DNA of 57,836 bases, counting the filler, from Asterionella formosa (Eukaryota): NCBI GenBank assembly GCA_002256025.1. It is 6 parts of 6 records of this genome, joined end to end, with 100 filler letters (N's around TTAATTAATTAA, not from the genome) between each part and the next. Parts side by side here need not be neighbours in the genome. Positions count along the whole stretch, not along the records: positions 19,327 to 28,881 come from NKIB01010513.1; positions 28,982 to 38,535 come from NKIB01010516.1; 4 more parts are not named here. One strand, given 5' to 3'. The translations under genes and the position numbers were made by a program. Of the stretch, positions 24,001 to 36,583 are shown piece by piece (within the stretch, counting starts at the first letter, position 1; every line of letters starts with the position of its first letter). The notes under the pieces are model-generated. The model made no database searches and had not been told where the DNA came from. It saw only the letters and a program-made list of their open reading frames with translations.

Positions 24001-25306
24001 TCACAATTGTCCTGATGTTTGCAGAGCATTATTAGTTCCCTTTTGAATTTTTCACTGGTTTTGATCCCTTTTGCATTCAAGTCAAGAAACAAGCAACTCA
24101 TTGAGATTTCTGGAGGTCTCGGTCAGTGGCACCATACAGTAAGGAACAATCAACAGATCATGGCGGCTGTTCTCCATTTTCTGTAGCAAGTGACATTCAA
24201 GAAGGGTCTGGGATCATTGGGGAGAAAAATTAGTAGGTTTCTCTGTGTTTGCCCCCACCCGTTTGGCAGCCATTCTACCATTGCTTCCTCTCAATCAATA
24301 CCAGTATAGCTAATGAAAACCGTAATAAGATGAAATGTGACTTCCGGTTTCTATTATTTTACATTGTTGCACTGCTACTGAAACTTGAATCAATAAATGG
24401 GCATTCAACTTGTGCTTCTTGCATTTTTGCAGTATAGACTGACTGGTGGTCGATAGGCCAAAGTGTCTGGCTTTTTATGAACATCTACAAAGTAGTGCTT
24501 TTGTCGATGTTTGTGTCTAAATCCAACTGCTGCCATCCATTGAAATATTTCAGATACATCAAAGAATACTCTCCTGTCTTCAAAGGTCAGGAACTAGTAC
24601 GATGACAAAGGAAATCTAATGAGACATGAAAATTACGAAACCAGAATCACTCTGTTACTATAAATAGACAGTCTCATGCTTCTTTGTGCATATCGCCTGC
24701 TATGCTGCGTTTCAATTCTAGATATATTATGTTCTTGTTAGAGAGACGATGTTACAGAGAAGTATATTGTATTGTTCTAATAATGGATGTTGTTTAGCTA
24801 TGATTGAGGTTGTAACACTGATTGATGCTCTGGTGATAGACCGGCCGGAAATATTCGTGATATGCATGTGATGAGCCATTTCGTTTTCATTGGATTTCTT
24901 TTCAAGCTCTTAACGGATTGCATAGTACAAACATACTGTGCAATGTAGATGATGATTCATCGAAGACATATGATGACTTGAACGAGAAATGAAGATTTCA
25001 TCACAAACACTCGTGCCTCTCGACATGGCTGCTTTATCGTTGTTGCAAGAATCAGAGTGAGGTTTGGCAAGGATGATGAGCCAAACCACATTACTCTAAC
25101 TGGTACATTATCCTACCAAGAAATTTAAATAAAGGAACCTAAAAGAAACAATACATATAATAATTGAATTTCCATAGTCAAAAGGGTTACTATTTAAATT
25201 ACGAGGGCATTTATCAAAATTATTAGATGATGTAACGAAAAATTATGATCAGATGATCATAATCCTATGATGCATCATAGGAATATGATGGTTTTTATTT
25301 GCAGAC
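21026..25306. mobile_element. Candidate 4.3-kb degenerate DNA transposon (MULE-like) with perfect 16-bp TIRs GTCTGCAAATAAAAAC
   Basis: 21026-21041 is the exact reverse complement of 25291-25306. Duplicated ends lie at about 20933 and 25330-25522. The minus-strand fragment KIGKCYHHWIN resembles the MULE CxxH motif. No TSD was found. Confidence 0.55.
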
Positions 25307-27178
25307 GACATTACTTTAGCTGGTAGTGTATCTACCAAGAAATTTTAATAAAGGAACCTAATAAAAACAATACATATAATAATTATATTTTCATAGTCAA
25401 AAGGGTTAATATTGAATTACGAGGGCATTTATCAAAATAATTAGATGATATAATTTTTTTGATCAGATGATCACAATCCTATGACGATGCATCATAGGAA
25501 TATGATGGTTCTTATTTGCAGATGCTAGAAAGCTTCACTCTATCAATTTGATTACATATCGTCTTGAAGCAACTTGTCTTTCCCTAATTATTTATCTATC
25601 TTTAATATTGCGATAAGGAGCAGCGTAAACACCATAACTAACCCTGCAGAAAACAAGGAAAGCCTCAGAAACCTTGGAAAAGGCCTGTCTGTAAATCTCT
25701 TTATTCGTCCATCAGAACCATTGAGCACGAAAAATACCAGGCAGTAAGCATGGATAATAAGAGTGGAAATATGCAACAGTATAGTAATGGAAAACAAAAT
25801 GCCAGTGATGGAAATCCTTGACACAATGAAGTTAAGCCATACCGGAGTACTGTTCACACAATTCCCATCACTGCCAGTATACTTGTGTTTGTCTTGGAAA
25901 TTTTGCGGGAATTTAAAAAACATGCTGTCATTCATCCTCTGCAAATTTAAAACATCTTATTCATGTGATGCACCAGCCCTTATGATGTCAAATATATGAT
26001 CGTATAATTTCAATATATATTATCTAATATGTATAACAGTTATCATCATAAAATAAATTGAAACGCACCTTTTTGGACTATGCTTATTGTAAAATTATAT
26101 GTACTAAACTATTCATTTTATTCCTATACTTCAATTTCCTCATAGGTTGATGTACCAGCGAAAATATTGGCTTATTTGTGATCATCATCACTTGCTCCAC
26201 TTTTTGCTCTGTTTTCAACACTCAAAGAATAACGACGATTTGAATAATTGTATTGTCCCTCCTCAAGTCTTTATGATGTGATTGTTATGATGTCTTTATC
26301 ATGTTTCATCGTGATTTGTTGTCTTTGTAAATGCTCTGTGATGATGATTCCACAAAAATTTGATGTGACTACAAAGGAATGTTGTTGCTGATCTTTGCAG
26401 CATACATTGTTGCTGATTAAGCAAAGAATCGACACCAACAACTTGAATGTTTGTCCAATTGCACCACACTGTTGTTGCTCAAGCCTTCATGATGTAAGTG
26501 TTATTCTGGCATTATCAGCATGCCACAGTACATTGAGTGTACAGAGTGTTTGTTTAAAATTTCATTATGATTCTCTCAACAATTCACCTCACAACCAAAG
26601 GTTGATGTTCAAATGAATACTTTTGGTTCTTATTAAGGCGACAATGGAGACAACATTGAATAATGATTTAACAATACAAAAAAACTAATTTTCATTGTCA
26701 TGCAGAAGTGTCTTGATAGTAATGAGTTTTTGCAAACCTTCCATGATGGTTCCCTCAAGGATTCACCTGACAACTGAAAGATGCCTTGCATATTATACAA
26801 AGCTGGTTGTTATCCAATAAAAAACAGATGCACCATTGAAAATCAATAAATGTAGTTGTGTCATTGTATTGCTTATATTAACCTTTAAGTATGATCATAG
26901 CATAGTATTCTCTAGTGAGTATTTGTTTGAATCTGCTGCTATCACTGTTGGAGAACATTGTACAGTTGTTGTCATCTGCAGGGGAGTGTTCTCCAGAAAT
27001 CATGAAACATGTAGATTCCTCGATTGGTGTGCAGGAAGGACCCAAGGAAAAATGGCTGGCTGTGATTTCATCAGCCAAACCCGTACTGTACCAAGAATGA
27101 CCTCTGACGAAATTGGGTCCGTCTGTCCTCCCCAAGCAACATCATTGTGACAACAGTCATGCTCCACCATTGTTGCCC

Positions 27179-28881
27179 ATGCAATACCTGGTAAAAGTAT
27201 TGCTGGTAACCTCGCTTTTGTTCTTGAGTCAAGCACGTCCTGGCCTCTCCATTGAACAAGCCGCAGACGTCAACGAAGACTTCCTTTGCCTCGACGAAAC
27301 GTGTCAATATCTTCACAAAGACGATTCCTCATCGATAGAGTCTCCACAATTTCCCGTCATTACAATCATGTCCACCAACGCTGACAAGTTCCTGGCTGCC
27401 GCTGCCGTCTTTCCAGAGGACGCCCTGCCCAACCACCAAGTCTATGAACATCCGCTCGTGCAACGATACGCCACTAAGGAAATGTCTTTCGTCTGGTCGC
27501 CTGCCATGAAATTCACTACATGGCGCAAGCTTTGGACGGCCTTGGCGACTGCCGAGCAAGAGCTAGGCATTGAAATATCCGAAGAACAACTCGAACAGAT
27601 GAGATCCAAACTATACGATATTGACTTTGACTTTGCAGACGCCAAGGAAGCAGAATTTCGACACGATGTCATGGGACACGTGCATGCCTTTGGAGAAGTA
27701 GCACCTGCTGCCATGCCAATCATTCACCTCGGAGCGACAAGTTGTTATGTAGGCGATAATACTGACCTGATCCAGATTCGGGAAGCGCTCTTGTTGATTC
27801 AGCGAAAGCTTGTAAAGGTGCTGGCGACGCTCAAGGAATTCGCTGTCAAGTATCGAGACTTGCCTACTCTGGGATTTACGCACTACCAACCAGCCCAACT
27901 AACCACTGTTGGAAAGCGCTGTACCTTGTGGATGCAGGATTTGCTCTTGGATTTGGAGAGAGTCAATCGTGAGATTGACGACCTACCCATGCGCGGTGTC
28001 AAAGGAACCACTGGTACGCAAGCATCGTTTTTGGAGTTGTTCGATGGCGATCACGAGAAAGTCAAGCAATTGAATCGTCGCGTTTGTGAACTCATGAATT
28101 TCAAACGAAGCATTCCAGTCTCTGGCCAAACATACACTCGGAAGCTTGACTACGCCGTTCTATCGGTACTTTCGGGCATTGCTCAATCGGCATATAAAAT
28201 GTGTGGCGACATTCGGTTATTGGCCAATTTGAAGGAAGTGGAAGAACCCTTTTCCAAATCTCAAATTGGATCGTCAGCCATGGCCTACAAGCGCAACCCC
28301 ATGAGAAGTGAACGTGTTTGCTCGTTGTCCCGATATGTGATTGGTCTCCCTAGTGCCGCCGCTCATACACATGCAAGCCAGTGGTTTGAACGCACCTTGG
28401 ACGATAGTGCGATTCGTCGCATGATTTTGCCCGAAGGCTTTTTGGCAACCGATGTCGTGTTGAATTTGTTGGAAAACATTGGAGATGGCTTGCATGTATG
28501 GCCTGAAGTTGTCAAAATGCACGTCATGGCCGAACTGCCGTTTATGAGTACAGAGGTGATTCTGATGGAGTGTAAGTGTTTTGTGTTATATTGATGCTAG
28601 TTTTACTTTCGACATGCTCTTGACGGTGGACTCATGTGGTACCGTAATTTTCGCTCTACAGGTGTCAAAGCCGGAGGAGATCGCCAAGAGCTCCATGAAG
28701 CCATTCGTGTCTATTCCATGGAGGCTGGTGCCGTTGTCAAGGGTGAGGGAAAGCCTAATGATTTGCTGGAACGAATTAAGAAAGACGACTTGTTCAAAGC
28801 TGTCCATGACAAATTAGACAGTTTGATTGATCCCAATGCCTTTGTCGGGCGAGCACCAGAACAGGTGGACGAATTTATTGA
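27179..28881 (+). CDS. ADSL: Adenylosuccinate lyase, 3' truncated at the contig end; intron 28572-28661; alternative start at 27368
   Basis: [66 protein letters not shown], signature [27 protein letters not shown]. The GTAAGT...CAG intron gives [15 protein letters not shown]. Confidence 0.97.
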
Positions 28882-28981
28882 NNNNNNNNNNNNNNNNNNN
28901 NNNNNNNNNNNNNNNNNNNNNNNNNTTAATTAATTAANNNNNNNNNNNNNNNNNNNNNNNNNNNNNNNNNNNNNNNNNNNN

Positions 28982-29667
28982 GACCCTTTTTGATAATCCA
29001 ACACTGCGAGCAAACCAACTTCACCACCGTTTTCTCCGTAGTCTAAAACGTAAATAGCAATATTAAAAGATATTTAGTTGTAGGTTCAAACAGTTTCTAT
29101 GATCAATACAATTTCTGTTTTTGGTGCACCAGTGCGCCCGAGTTTTGTGATGGCATCAATAGTAATTCCAAGTGTGTGTACCCATTTGTACCTAATCCTA
29201 CAACGGTATTAACTTGTGTAGACTCTACGACTTGGATCGTGATGGAAATTAATATAAGCCAACCACATCACTTATATGATTATTCGACCAGAATCATGAC
29301 ATGCACGAAATATTTCTGGATCATGAGGCAGCAGACGAAATGATTCTGTGAACACTTCCGGCAAGCCGACAACATCAAGGCCAGAACTGCCTGAGCCTTT
29401 AGCATTCAGCTTGATAATCGCTCCACAACAAGCATGCAAGTTGCAGCTTCGACTTTTGAAATAGATCTCAGGACAAGGATATCGCCATCGCAAATGTCAT
29501 TGGCATCGCTCGTGTTGTTGTTGATTGTTGTTTCATGATGGTGACCGGTAAGAATACAATTATAGTAAATGCATTAATAAATAGCTAGAATACAATAATA
29601 TGCTGTTATTTTTTCTGTAGACATAAAATATTTGGGGGTGTTGTGCCAGATGTACGAAGGGGGGTAC
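28982..29667. mobile_element. Copy of a mariner-associated repeat family: unknown ORF remnant on +, RSCxxHxCCG gene fragment on -, possible TIR-like end at about 29652-29667
   Basis: Inverted homology to 47059-48000. The minus strand reads DGDILVL~RSCNLHACCG. The segment ends in gtacgaagggggg|ta, similar to a CTCCCTCCGT-type terminus. Confidence 0.6.
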
Positions 29668-29759
29668 AGGTTATCAGGGGGGATACGAGACACCAGGTTT
29701 TACGGTAGATCGGTACGGGATGTAGAGCTACATATGATGCAATATGCTTTAACCACCGG

Positions 29760-29997
29760 TCAAACCTTGGACGGAGTTGGCAAAGCAGATCTTGTAAACA
29801 ATGCATGTGTAAGCCCGATTTTTGGAAATTTGTCAAACAGGCGAGAGAAAGAAAATTCATACCAGTAGATGGTTTGAGTATTACGACACACGTAAGCTGT
29901 CAAACCTTGGACGGAGTTGGCAAAGCAGATCTTGTAAACAATGCTTGTGTAAGCCCAATTTTTGGAAATTTGTCAAACAGGCGAGAGAATGAAAATT
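29760..29997 (+). repeat. Near-perfect direct repeat of about 97 bp with a 140-bp period (29760-29857 and 29900-29997)
   Basis: tcaaaccttggacggagttggcaaagcagatcttgtaaacaatgc.tgtgtaagccc.atttttggaaatttgtcaaacaggcgagagaa.gaaaatt is present twice. Confidence 0.92.
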
Positions 29998-30096
29998 GTA
30001 GCGGAGTACGTATGTATACCGGTAGTTAACCCTAACAGTTTTATTCTTTATTATCCGTTATTGAAGTAGCAAAAGAAGGAGAAAGCATCGGGCAAT

Positions 30097-31893
30097 ATGT
30101 CTGACGGTATAGGCGCTGGTCTTGAGGAAGAGGAAGGTGAAGCAATTGCTGATAATGCTGCAGCTGATAATGCTACAGTAGAGATGAATGAAGCTCATGA
30201 TAATGCGACTGTAGCTGAAAGTAAAGATACAAATTGGGCTGAGGCTCATAGTGTGGCTTTGGACCCACTATTTTTTGATGTTTTTCCAACTAATAAACTT
30301 CTTATCGATATGATTTTTTATAAGGACCAAGAAAAAAAAATATATGAAATTGACAATGATGGGTTGCCAAAAGTTATGTTGGCAAACAGAGACTGTTGGC
30401 CATTCCAAGAATGCAGTTACAGGGGTTGGGGCCAGTATCAAAACAAAATCATGTTGTTTACAAATATTAACCAAAAAAGTTCTGACTTTGACAGGGAGCC
30501 TCTAATAATAACTACTTCTAATCTGAACATTAGTGAAAAATATACAAAACCAAGAGAATTTTCATCAACTTGTTGGGCTATGATGAATACAAAGATTCAG
30601 GACGAAAGTTCAAACATTGAACTCAGAGTGACAAACAATTTTTATCGGGCAATTGCCATGATCCATTATGCCACAACTAAATGCACATTTGATGAGGAAA
30701 AAAAATACTCTGCCCCTGAGTGCCCTGCGTTTGCACTCAGAGTGAAAAAAATTATTTATCAGGCAATTGCCAGGATCCATAATGCCACAACTAAATGCAC
30801 ATTTGCCCCTGCCCCTGTCCCTGCCCCTGTCCCTGCCCCTGTCCCTGCCCCTGTCCCTGACCCTGATCCTGATCCTGATCCTGATCCTGACCCTGATCCT
30901 GACCCTGATCCTGACCCTGACCCTGACCCTGACCCTGACCCCCCATTCATGAGAGATGAACGTGAAGCTGTCTGGTACTTCAAAATTGGTGCCTTGGGAT
31001 ACAAGATTCCACTTTGCAAATATCTGTATGGACATGCTCTTATATATGGTACTGGAGGCATTAAGAAGGATATTTTAAAGGGAATTGGATTTCTGCATGA
31101 AGCAGGGACACAGAATCTTATTGCAGAAGCCTTCTTTGAATTAGGGATCATATATGAACATGGCATTGAATTTGAAACTGGACAAGACATAGCCAAAGAC
31201 TATAAGAAGGCTCAACGTTTCTACCAAGAATCATTAAAAGCTTCCAATTTCAATTTATCTCTGCTGATGGAAGAAACTAGATCTCTTGAATTATTTTGGG
31301 TTCCAGAGATTAAGATGATCACTGACTTGCTTTCTATTGAGAGCATCCATTTGGAAGAGGACATGGCACAGCAGGTTGCAGGAATGCATTATTCTTGGAT
31401 CATTCTAGGCCATTCTTTCCTGTTTAGTACTGCAGCAACCATTGCAAGCAATGATTATCATCAGCACTACTCACCACTAATTCTCTTACTTCCCATTCTG
31501 GGTATTGTCCTGGCATGTCATTCATTTCTTGATAACAAAATGGCTTTGGATGTTATAAAAAGAATCCAAGATAAGGTGAATAATATGCTTAAACCAAAAT
31601 ATTCAGCATTTACAGGGATGATTCAAGTCTTACAAAAATTTCAAAAAGGAAACGAATCTTTTGTTAATGGAAAAGAAATTCTTGATTATGAAAAAAAGAA
31701 AATTGAAAGCAGATTTAAGAACCATGAAATGCTGTCAAGGTTTCTCTTATTGATCTCAGTTTTATTACTTTTGATATGGCTTCTTCTAATCAATGAGTCC
31801 TATTCTCTTTGGTATGAGTGTAGCTTATTTTGGGATACTCCTTGCCTGTCATGCAAGCACTCCAATAAACTATGTCCTGAACATTATCTGTGA
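30097..31893 (+). CDS. Hypothetical 598-aa protein: N-terminal domain, (PA/PV/PD)n linker, Sel1-like repeats, C-terminal domain with about 3 TM helices
   Basis: Long intact AT-rich ORF. Sel1-like segments EAVWYFKIGA, YGHALIYGTGGIKKDILKGIGFLHEAG and AFFELGIIYEHG...KDYKKAQRFYQES. Hydrophobic helices near the C-terminus. Confidence 0.75.
   Translation: MSDGIGAGLEEEEGEAIADNAAADNATVEMNEAHDNATVAESKDTNWAEAHSVALDPLFFDVFPTNKLLIDMIFYKDQEKKIYEIDNDGLPKVMLANRDCWPFQECSYRGWGQYQNKIMLFTNINQKSSDFDREPLIITTSNLNISEKYTKPREFSSTCWAMMNTKIQDESSNIELRVTNNFYRAIAMIHYATTKCTFDEEKKYSAPECPAFALRVKKIIYQAIARIHNATTKCTFAPAPVPAPVPAPVPAPVPDPDPDPDPDPDPDPDPDPDPDPDPDPDPPFMRDEREAVWYFKIGALGYKIPLCKYLYGHALIYGTGGIKKDILKGIGFLHEAGTQNLIAEAFFELGIIYEHGIEFETGQDIAKDYKKAQRFYQESLKASNFNLSLLMEETRSLELFWVPEIKMITDLLSIESIHLEEDMAQQVAGMHYSWIILGHSFLFSTAATIASNDYHQHYSPLILLLPILGIVLACHSFLDNKMALDVIKRIQDKVNNMLKPKYSAFTGMIQVLQKFQKGNESFVNGKEILDYEKKKIESRFKNHEMLSRFLLLISVLLLLIWLLLINESYSLWYECSLFWDTPCLSCKHSNKLCPEHYL
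30805..30943 (+). repeat. Coding hexamer microsatellite (GCCCCT/GTCCCT/GACCCT/GATCCT)n encoding PAPV...PDPD
   Basis: Directly visible in the sequence. Confidence 0.95.
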
Positions 31894-32055
31894 TCAAAAA
31901 AGAGTAATTTGTCTGTCCATGCAAGCACTCCAATAACTAATGTCCAGAAGAAAATATGAGATCAAATAAAGAATAACTTGTATGTCCATGGCAGTACTCT
32001 AGCCAATAAGCTATGTCCTGAAGATAATTTGTGATCAAGTAATGAGAAATTTGTC
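31845..32055 (+). repeat. Three tandem units of about 68 bp spanning the stop codon of the Sel1-like gene
   Basis: tgtc(c)atg.aagcactccaataa.ctatgtcc.gaa...gatcaa...ttg occurs three times. Confidence 0.75.
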
Positions 32056-32699
32056 AGTAATTGCTTTTGAGTTTCTACTGATTTTCACCATTGCTTCCTT
32101 GGTTTTAGGTGTCAAAATGGACCTAGAGAAGAAAAGTTAGAAATGATGTGCTTAATTTTGCCTAGAGGGAGTATCACAAACTGCATTCAAGGTTGTTGTT
32201 TTTATTTTTCAAATCATTTTATGATGTACTTCAATCTACACAGTATTAACAACTTTATAAAATGGTAAAGGAAAAATTATTATTTACCAATTTGTCAACT
32301 TTGCATATGCTTTGATACAGTCATTGCTTGACTTAAAGGGTTTAATCTATAAACAGATATGGTAAGTACCCAATTTCTGGAGAGAAGTGGCAGTTATTCC
32401 CCCAGGAATTGTAACTATCTCCGAAAGAGGGGCTACAAAGAAGCTTCTAATAGATCTATGCATGGAGGATAACTTTCACTTCTCTCCAAAAGTTAACTCC
32501 TGATGTTACAGGGTACGAAATTATCTATTTTATTCTTCATTAAACCCCATAGATGTAGAGCAATTTTTGTCCAAAAAGTCGGCCCAATTGGCATTTTCAA
32601 CAGCTGCCAAAATATTGGAGTTAGAATTTTTTTATGTGCAAAAACATTCTCATTTGGAGACAATTAACAACAACCAAACAATTAATTACAAACAGGATG

Positions 32700-33290
32700 A
32701 TAACAACTGTTGGTGGATGGCCTAAAGGTGCCACCATTGCTGCCTCCATGAGGAGCAGCAAATTCCAGATGCAAAATGCATTGAGTGAAGCTACAGATAA
32801 TTATTTGAGTAAAATAAACCACATGTAACCTGTAAGATTCAATTGACCCAACAGGAACAGATCATAGTAATCAATGCGCCCATAGAGACTTCTGCTGCTC
32901 ATCTCCCGGAAGAGTTGAACCTATGTACTGTCTTTGCTGGAACAACTGTTGGAAGAATTAATGAGTTTTGCAAACATGAGGATGTGAAAAATGGAATTGA
33001 CCAGGAGGCACAAGCTAGAAAGAAAAAGGAAACAGCAGATGCCCACCAGATAGAAGGAAACAAGAAAAGGAAAACACTAGGACATCTGGACTCTGCACAA
33101 ACATTTGCCCTTTGACCAAATATTCTCGCTGTTACTACACTGGAACCTAAGCGATTTTTGGACATTTTCATTAGGTCAAAAGAAACAAAAAAGCAAAAAG
33201 AGTACCGCACACTTCAAGAAAAATTAATAACATTGAAGGAACAGAACAAAAGAACAAATGTAAGTCGTGGCAGAACTAAAAGGCATTTGT
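32700..33290 (+). mobile_element. Possible internally deleted pogo/DDE-1-like transposase remnant
   Basis: The fragments GGWPKGAT...ALSEATDNY and EELNL...NGIDQEAQARKKKE...KRKTLGHL recall the N- and C-termini of diatom DDE transposases. The catalytic core is absent. Confidence 0.3.
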
Positions 33291-33399
33291 ACAAGTGATC
33301 AGGAGGTGATTTGCCTGTTCCACAAGGTATGCTCTAATTGCAAGATTTGATGACACCAATTACTACAGTGACCAGCAGCCGCCATTCCCTCTCTACTAC

Positions 33400-33520
33400 G
33401 TCTTCAAATAAAATGCATCATGCATGATGGATCAAGGGTATCGTACGCTAAGTGGCACAAGATTTTCATTTATATGATAATTTTTTGGATCAAAACTATG
33501 ATCAAGGTATCCTGTAAATC
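33400..33520 (+). repeat. Additional left-type end of the GTCTGCAAATAAAA family
   Basis: gtcttcaaataaaa...caagggtatcgtacgctaagtggc matches 21026-21130. Confidence 0.65.
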
Positions 33521-36500
33521 TGATGATTTATTAATATTTAATGGACCTTGAAGTATAATGATTCTAAGAACATTATCACCACACAATGTATATCAACTGA
33601 TCAACAACATTTCTCATGAAAATCATAAACCTTCTCATATTATTTGCAATTCTCGTGATTGCCAAATGTAAATTATTACTACAGCGCATGCTTAAATCAG
33701 CTAAACACTATTCTTTCATTTGAATTGTTTCATCGAAAATCTATCTTCAACATGATCATAATTCTAATCACAAGCATTGTTCAAAATAGTTGGAAATGGA
33801 TTGTAATTTAACTATATACCTTACATAGTGTTGGGGAAAATCTTTGGTTTTGTGTTGCTTGGGCCTGAATTTGATTTTACTGATCCACGATTGTGTGCAT
33901 CACTCCGCAACGAAACAACTGGATCATTTGCGATTGTGAACTCATGTAAGGATCCAAGTGAAAGTTTATTTAATAGCCGTCGTTCTAAAATGTTTGAGAT
34001 AGCACACCTGATGGGTTATGAATCAGGAAAAAAAACAGCTCATGTTTGTTACAGTCGATTGTATTTCTGCTCCTGCTGTTTTTATCCCTAATATTGGAGG
34101 AATATCTGGGTCGGTATTACAAGTTAAACCTCAGCATACTTGGCCATCTTTTTTCTCATTTTGAGATTCGAGATATGCATGCACACAACACAGCAGTACT
34201 AGTTATTTCTTTTAATATATATATATTAGCTACTGGTAGCTATATGTATGAACGTCATAACGTCAATACCCACATTAAATTCGTAGACTGTAATTTCTTC
34301 TGGATTCGTGCACCTTTTATTCAATCATGAGTGCCTCCCGATCCCCCAACGCGTTGTCTGCTCGGAATATGAGCTAAAAATTGCATACTGGAATGTACAC
34401 ATTTCCTTTCAAGTGTATGGGTGAAAGGGCGCAAGTTTACGATGCTCAAGTTACTTAGACACTATCAAGTGACAAGGATAAGGATATGACAGGAATCATA
34501 CAACAAATAAATCGAAGGCGATAATTTTTTATCCAGCTGCGTATATCATATAACAATGAGTCCTACAAAACATGGAGTAATCCGTGTTCTGGCAAGATTT
34601 TCGTCGATCGCACTTTTCAACCGATATTTTAGGAAAAACAAATTGCTATAAACTTATATCTAATGACATAGACTCAAAGCGTACATGCTCAAGATTAGGG
34701 TCGAAGTTTTAAAATTAACAAATCTGCATTTGGTAGGGTCAAACCGTGTTTTTCTCCTGTTCAGTGGGTCACAGCGGTTCCAATTTTTTTTAGTGGGTCA
34801 CAGCATTTTTTTACTGGTACCAGGTGAGCAATCCTGCATATCGATACAGATGTATATAGAGTTAAGGTTATATCAAATTCATCGGAATTCAATAATGAGA
34901 GAACTTGACTAACACTCATTCTATACTTTGATGTCAGTTCAGGAAATGAGTTGTACATAAGGATTAATTAATAAGCTCATATATTCAACAAATACTACTA
35001 CTTCTACTTAGATACTTCACTTTGAATTCAAAAAGAGTCGAATTAGAAGACAACAAACATGGCAATGTATTCAAGGGTTCCTGTGATTCCTTTGATCAAA
35101 GACTACAATGTATTGACTATCAAGACTAAAACATTCAGAGTTGCTTTAACCGGTGGAAGGTTTGAATCGTTTGATCAAGATATGATCGATGGAAGCTCGG
35201 TGGAAGCATTGTGAATTGGAGTGAGTCAATTTCGTGACATGCATCTAAGCCGCGAAATATGCCACTTTTCGAAATTTGTTATACGTAGGAGTGTTAAATA
35301 TGTGGTACTTCACATGAATTATGCCACTCTTCCCGGAGAAAAGGTTACTTTTAACGGTTTCATGTGAAGTTTTAACGGTTCTATGTGAAGATTTCACAAA
35401 AAACTTTGAACTCGAGACTGAATTAGTTGATGTTTCAAATAATTCATTTCAAAGTTCAACTAAGACCCTGCTCTCGTGGCTAATTCATTTACGACATGCA
35501 TCTTCCTTTGTGAAATAGTAAGGATATTTGTGGTGTCTTAATTCATGCTAGTACCAGGTACAGTTTATGGTTGTGCACTTCACGTAAATAATATTTACTG
35601 TTTCCTGAACAAGATTACTCATTGTGGTTTCATGTGATGGCTGGTTCACAATCATACAGTTATTTCCAAGGCAGGACTAGTTGATGTTACAACAAAACAT
35701 TTAAAAGTTCAAGATAAATTATTTAGAGGATAAATCATTGCGAAAGACGACTTCACTACAAATTGTTTGATTGCAATCTGCCTTGAATTGATTGAGAAAA
35801 ACGGAACGAAATGGATCTCGAGAAATATCGCGACCTGATTCGTGAGGATGCAAGCAACAACCAACCCTAATGAGGACAAAACAGGTACGGAACGAAACAT
35901 TTAATATTGAATTTGAAATGCTAAACTAAATATCTATTCGAATTAGTGTGTGTTATCGATTGCAAATCTTCGGAGTGCTATTGGGCATGAATTGATGGAG
36001 AAAATCGAAGTGATGTGGTTGTCGGCAAGTGGGTGCATGAAGCATATCAACAATCATCCTTACCATCGATATTGTCAGCATCCAATTCCTACTCAGGGCT
36101 ACTATGATACATACTACCAGGGCTAGTACCAGGGTGGTACATGCAAAAAATTCAACCGCCAGTGCAACCTTTTAAGACCATAGTGAAAGCTAGTGTACTA
36201 GCAGTCAACTAGCACTGTGTACAAAGGTAAACTACAAGCTACCCTGGTACCCGTATTCTAGCGATACAGAATGTAGCATGGATGTATACCCGATATATCT
36301 GATATTATAGGTGATGATAGTAAAATTGCTTACTGGCATGCATATGTATGCCGCCTTTTAATTTTTGTCAATCACAGGTGCCGGGACCCTTGAAAATGTC
36401 ATTCAATACTTGATGGAACAAGCGGAATCAAAGTGCTTGCCATCGCCACAATTGATTCTGAAGAAAGCAATGATGATGTGGAGGACAAAACTTTGGCTTG

Positions 36501-36583
36501 TTACTACATGATTGTAGAATATTGAAAAATCTAGTATATATTTTAGTGTTAATGATAGTCGATGTATTGTTATTTCCAGGAAC

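Noticed and set aside
13591..28881. hisD and ADSL as a histidine/purine (AICAR-linked) gene cluster
   Set aside because: They lie on different contigs separated by an artificial linker.
30610..31196. Antisense ORFs with GS/GT or RV/RI repeats
   Set aside because: These are shadow frames of the coding hexamer microsatellite.
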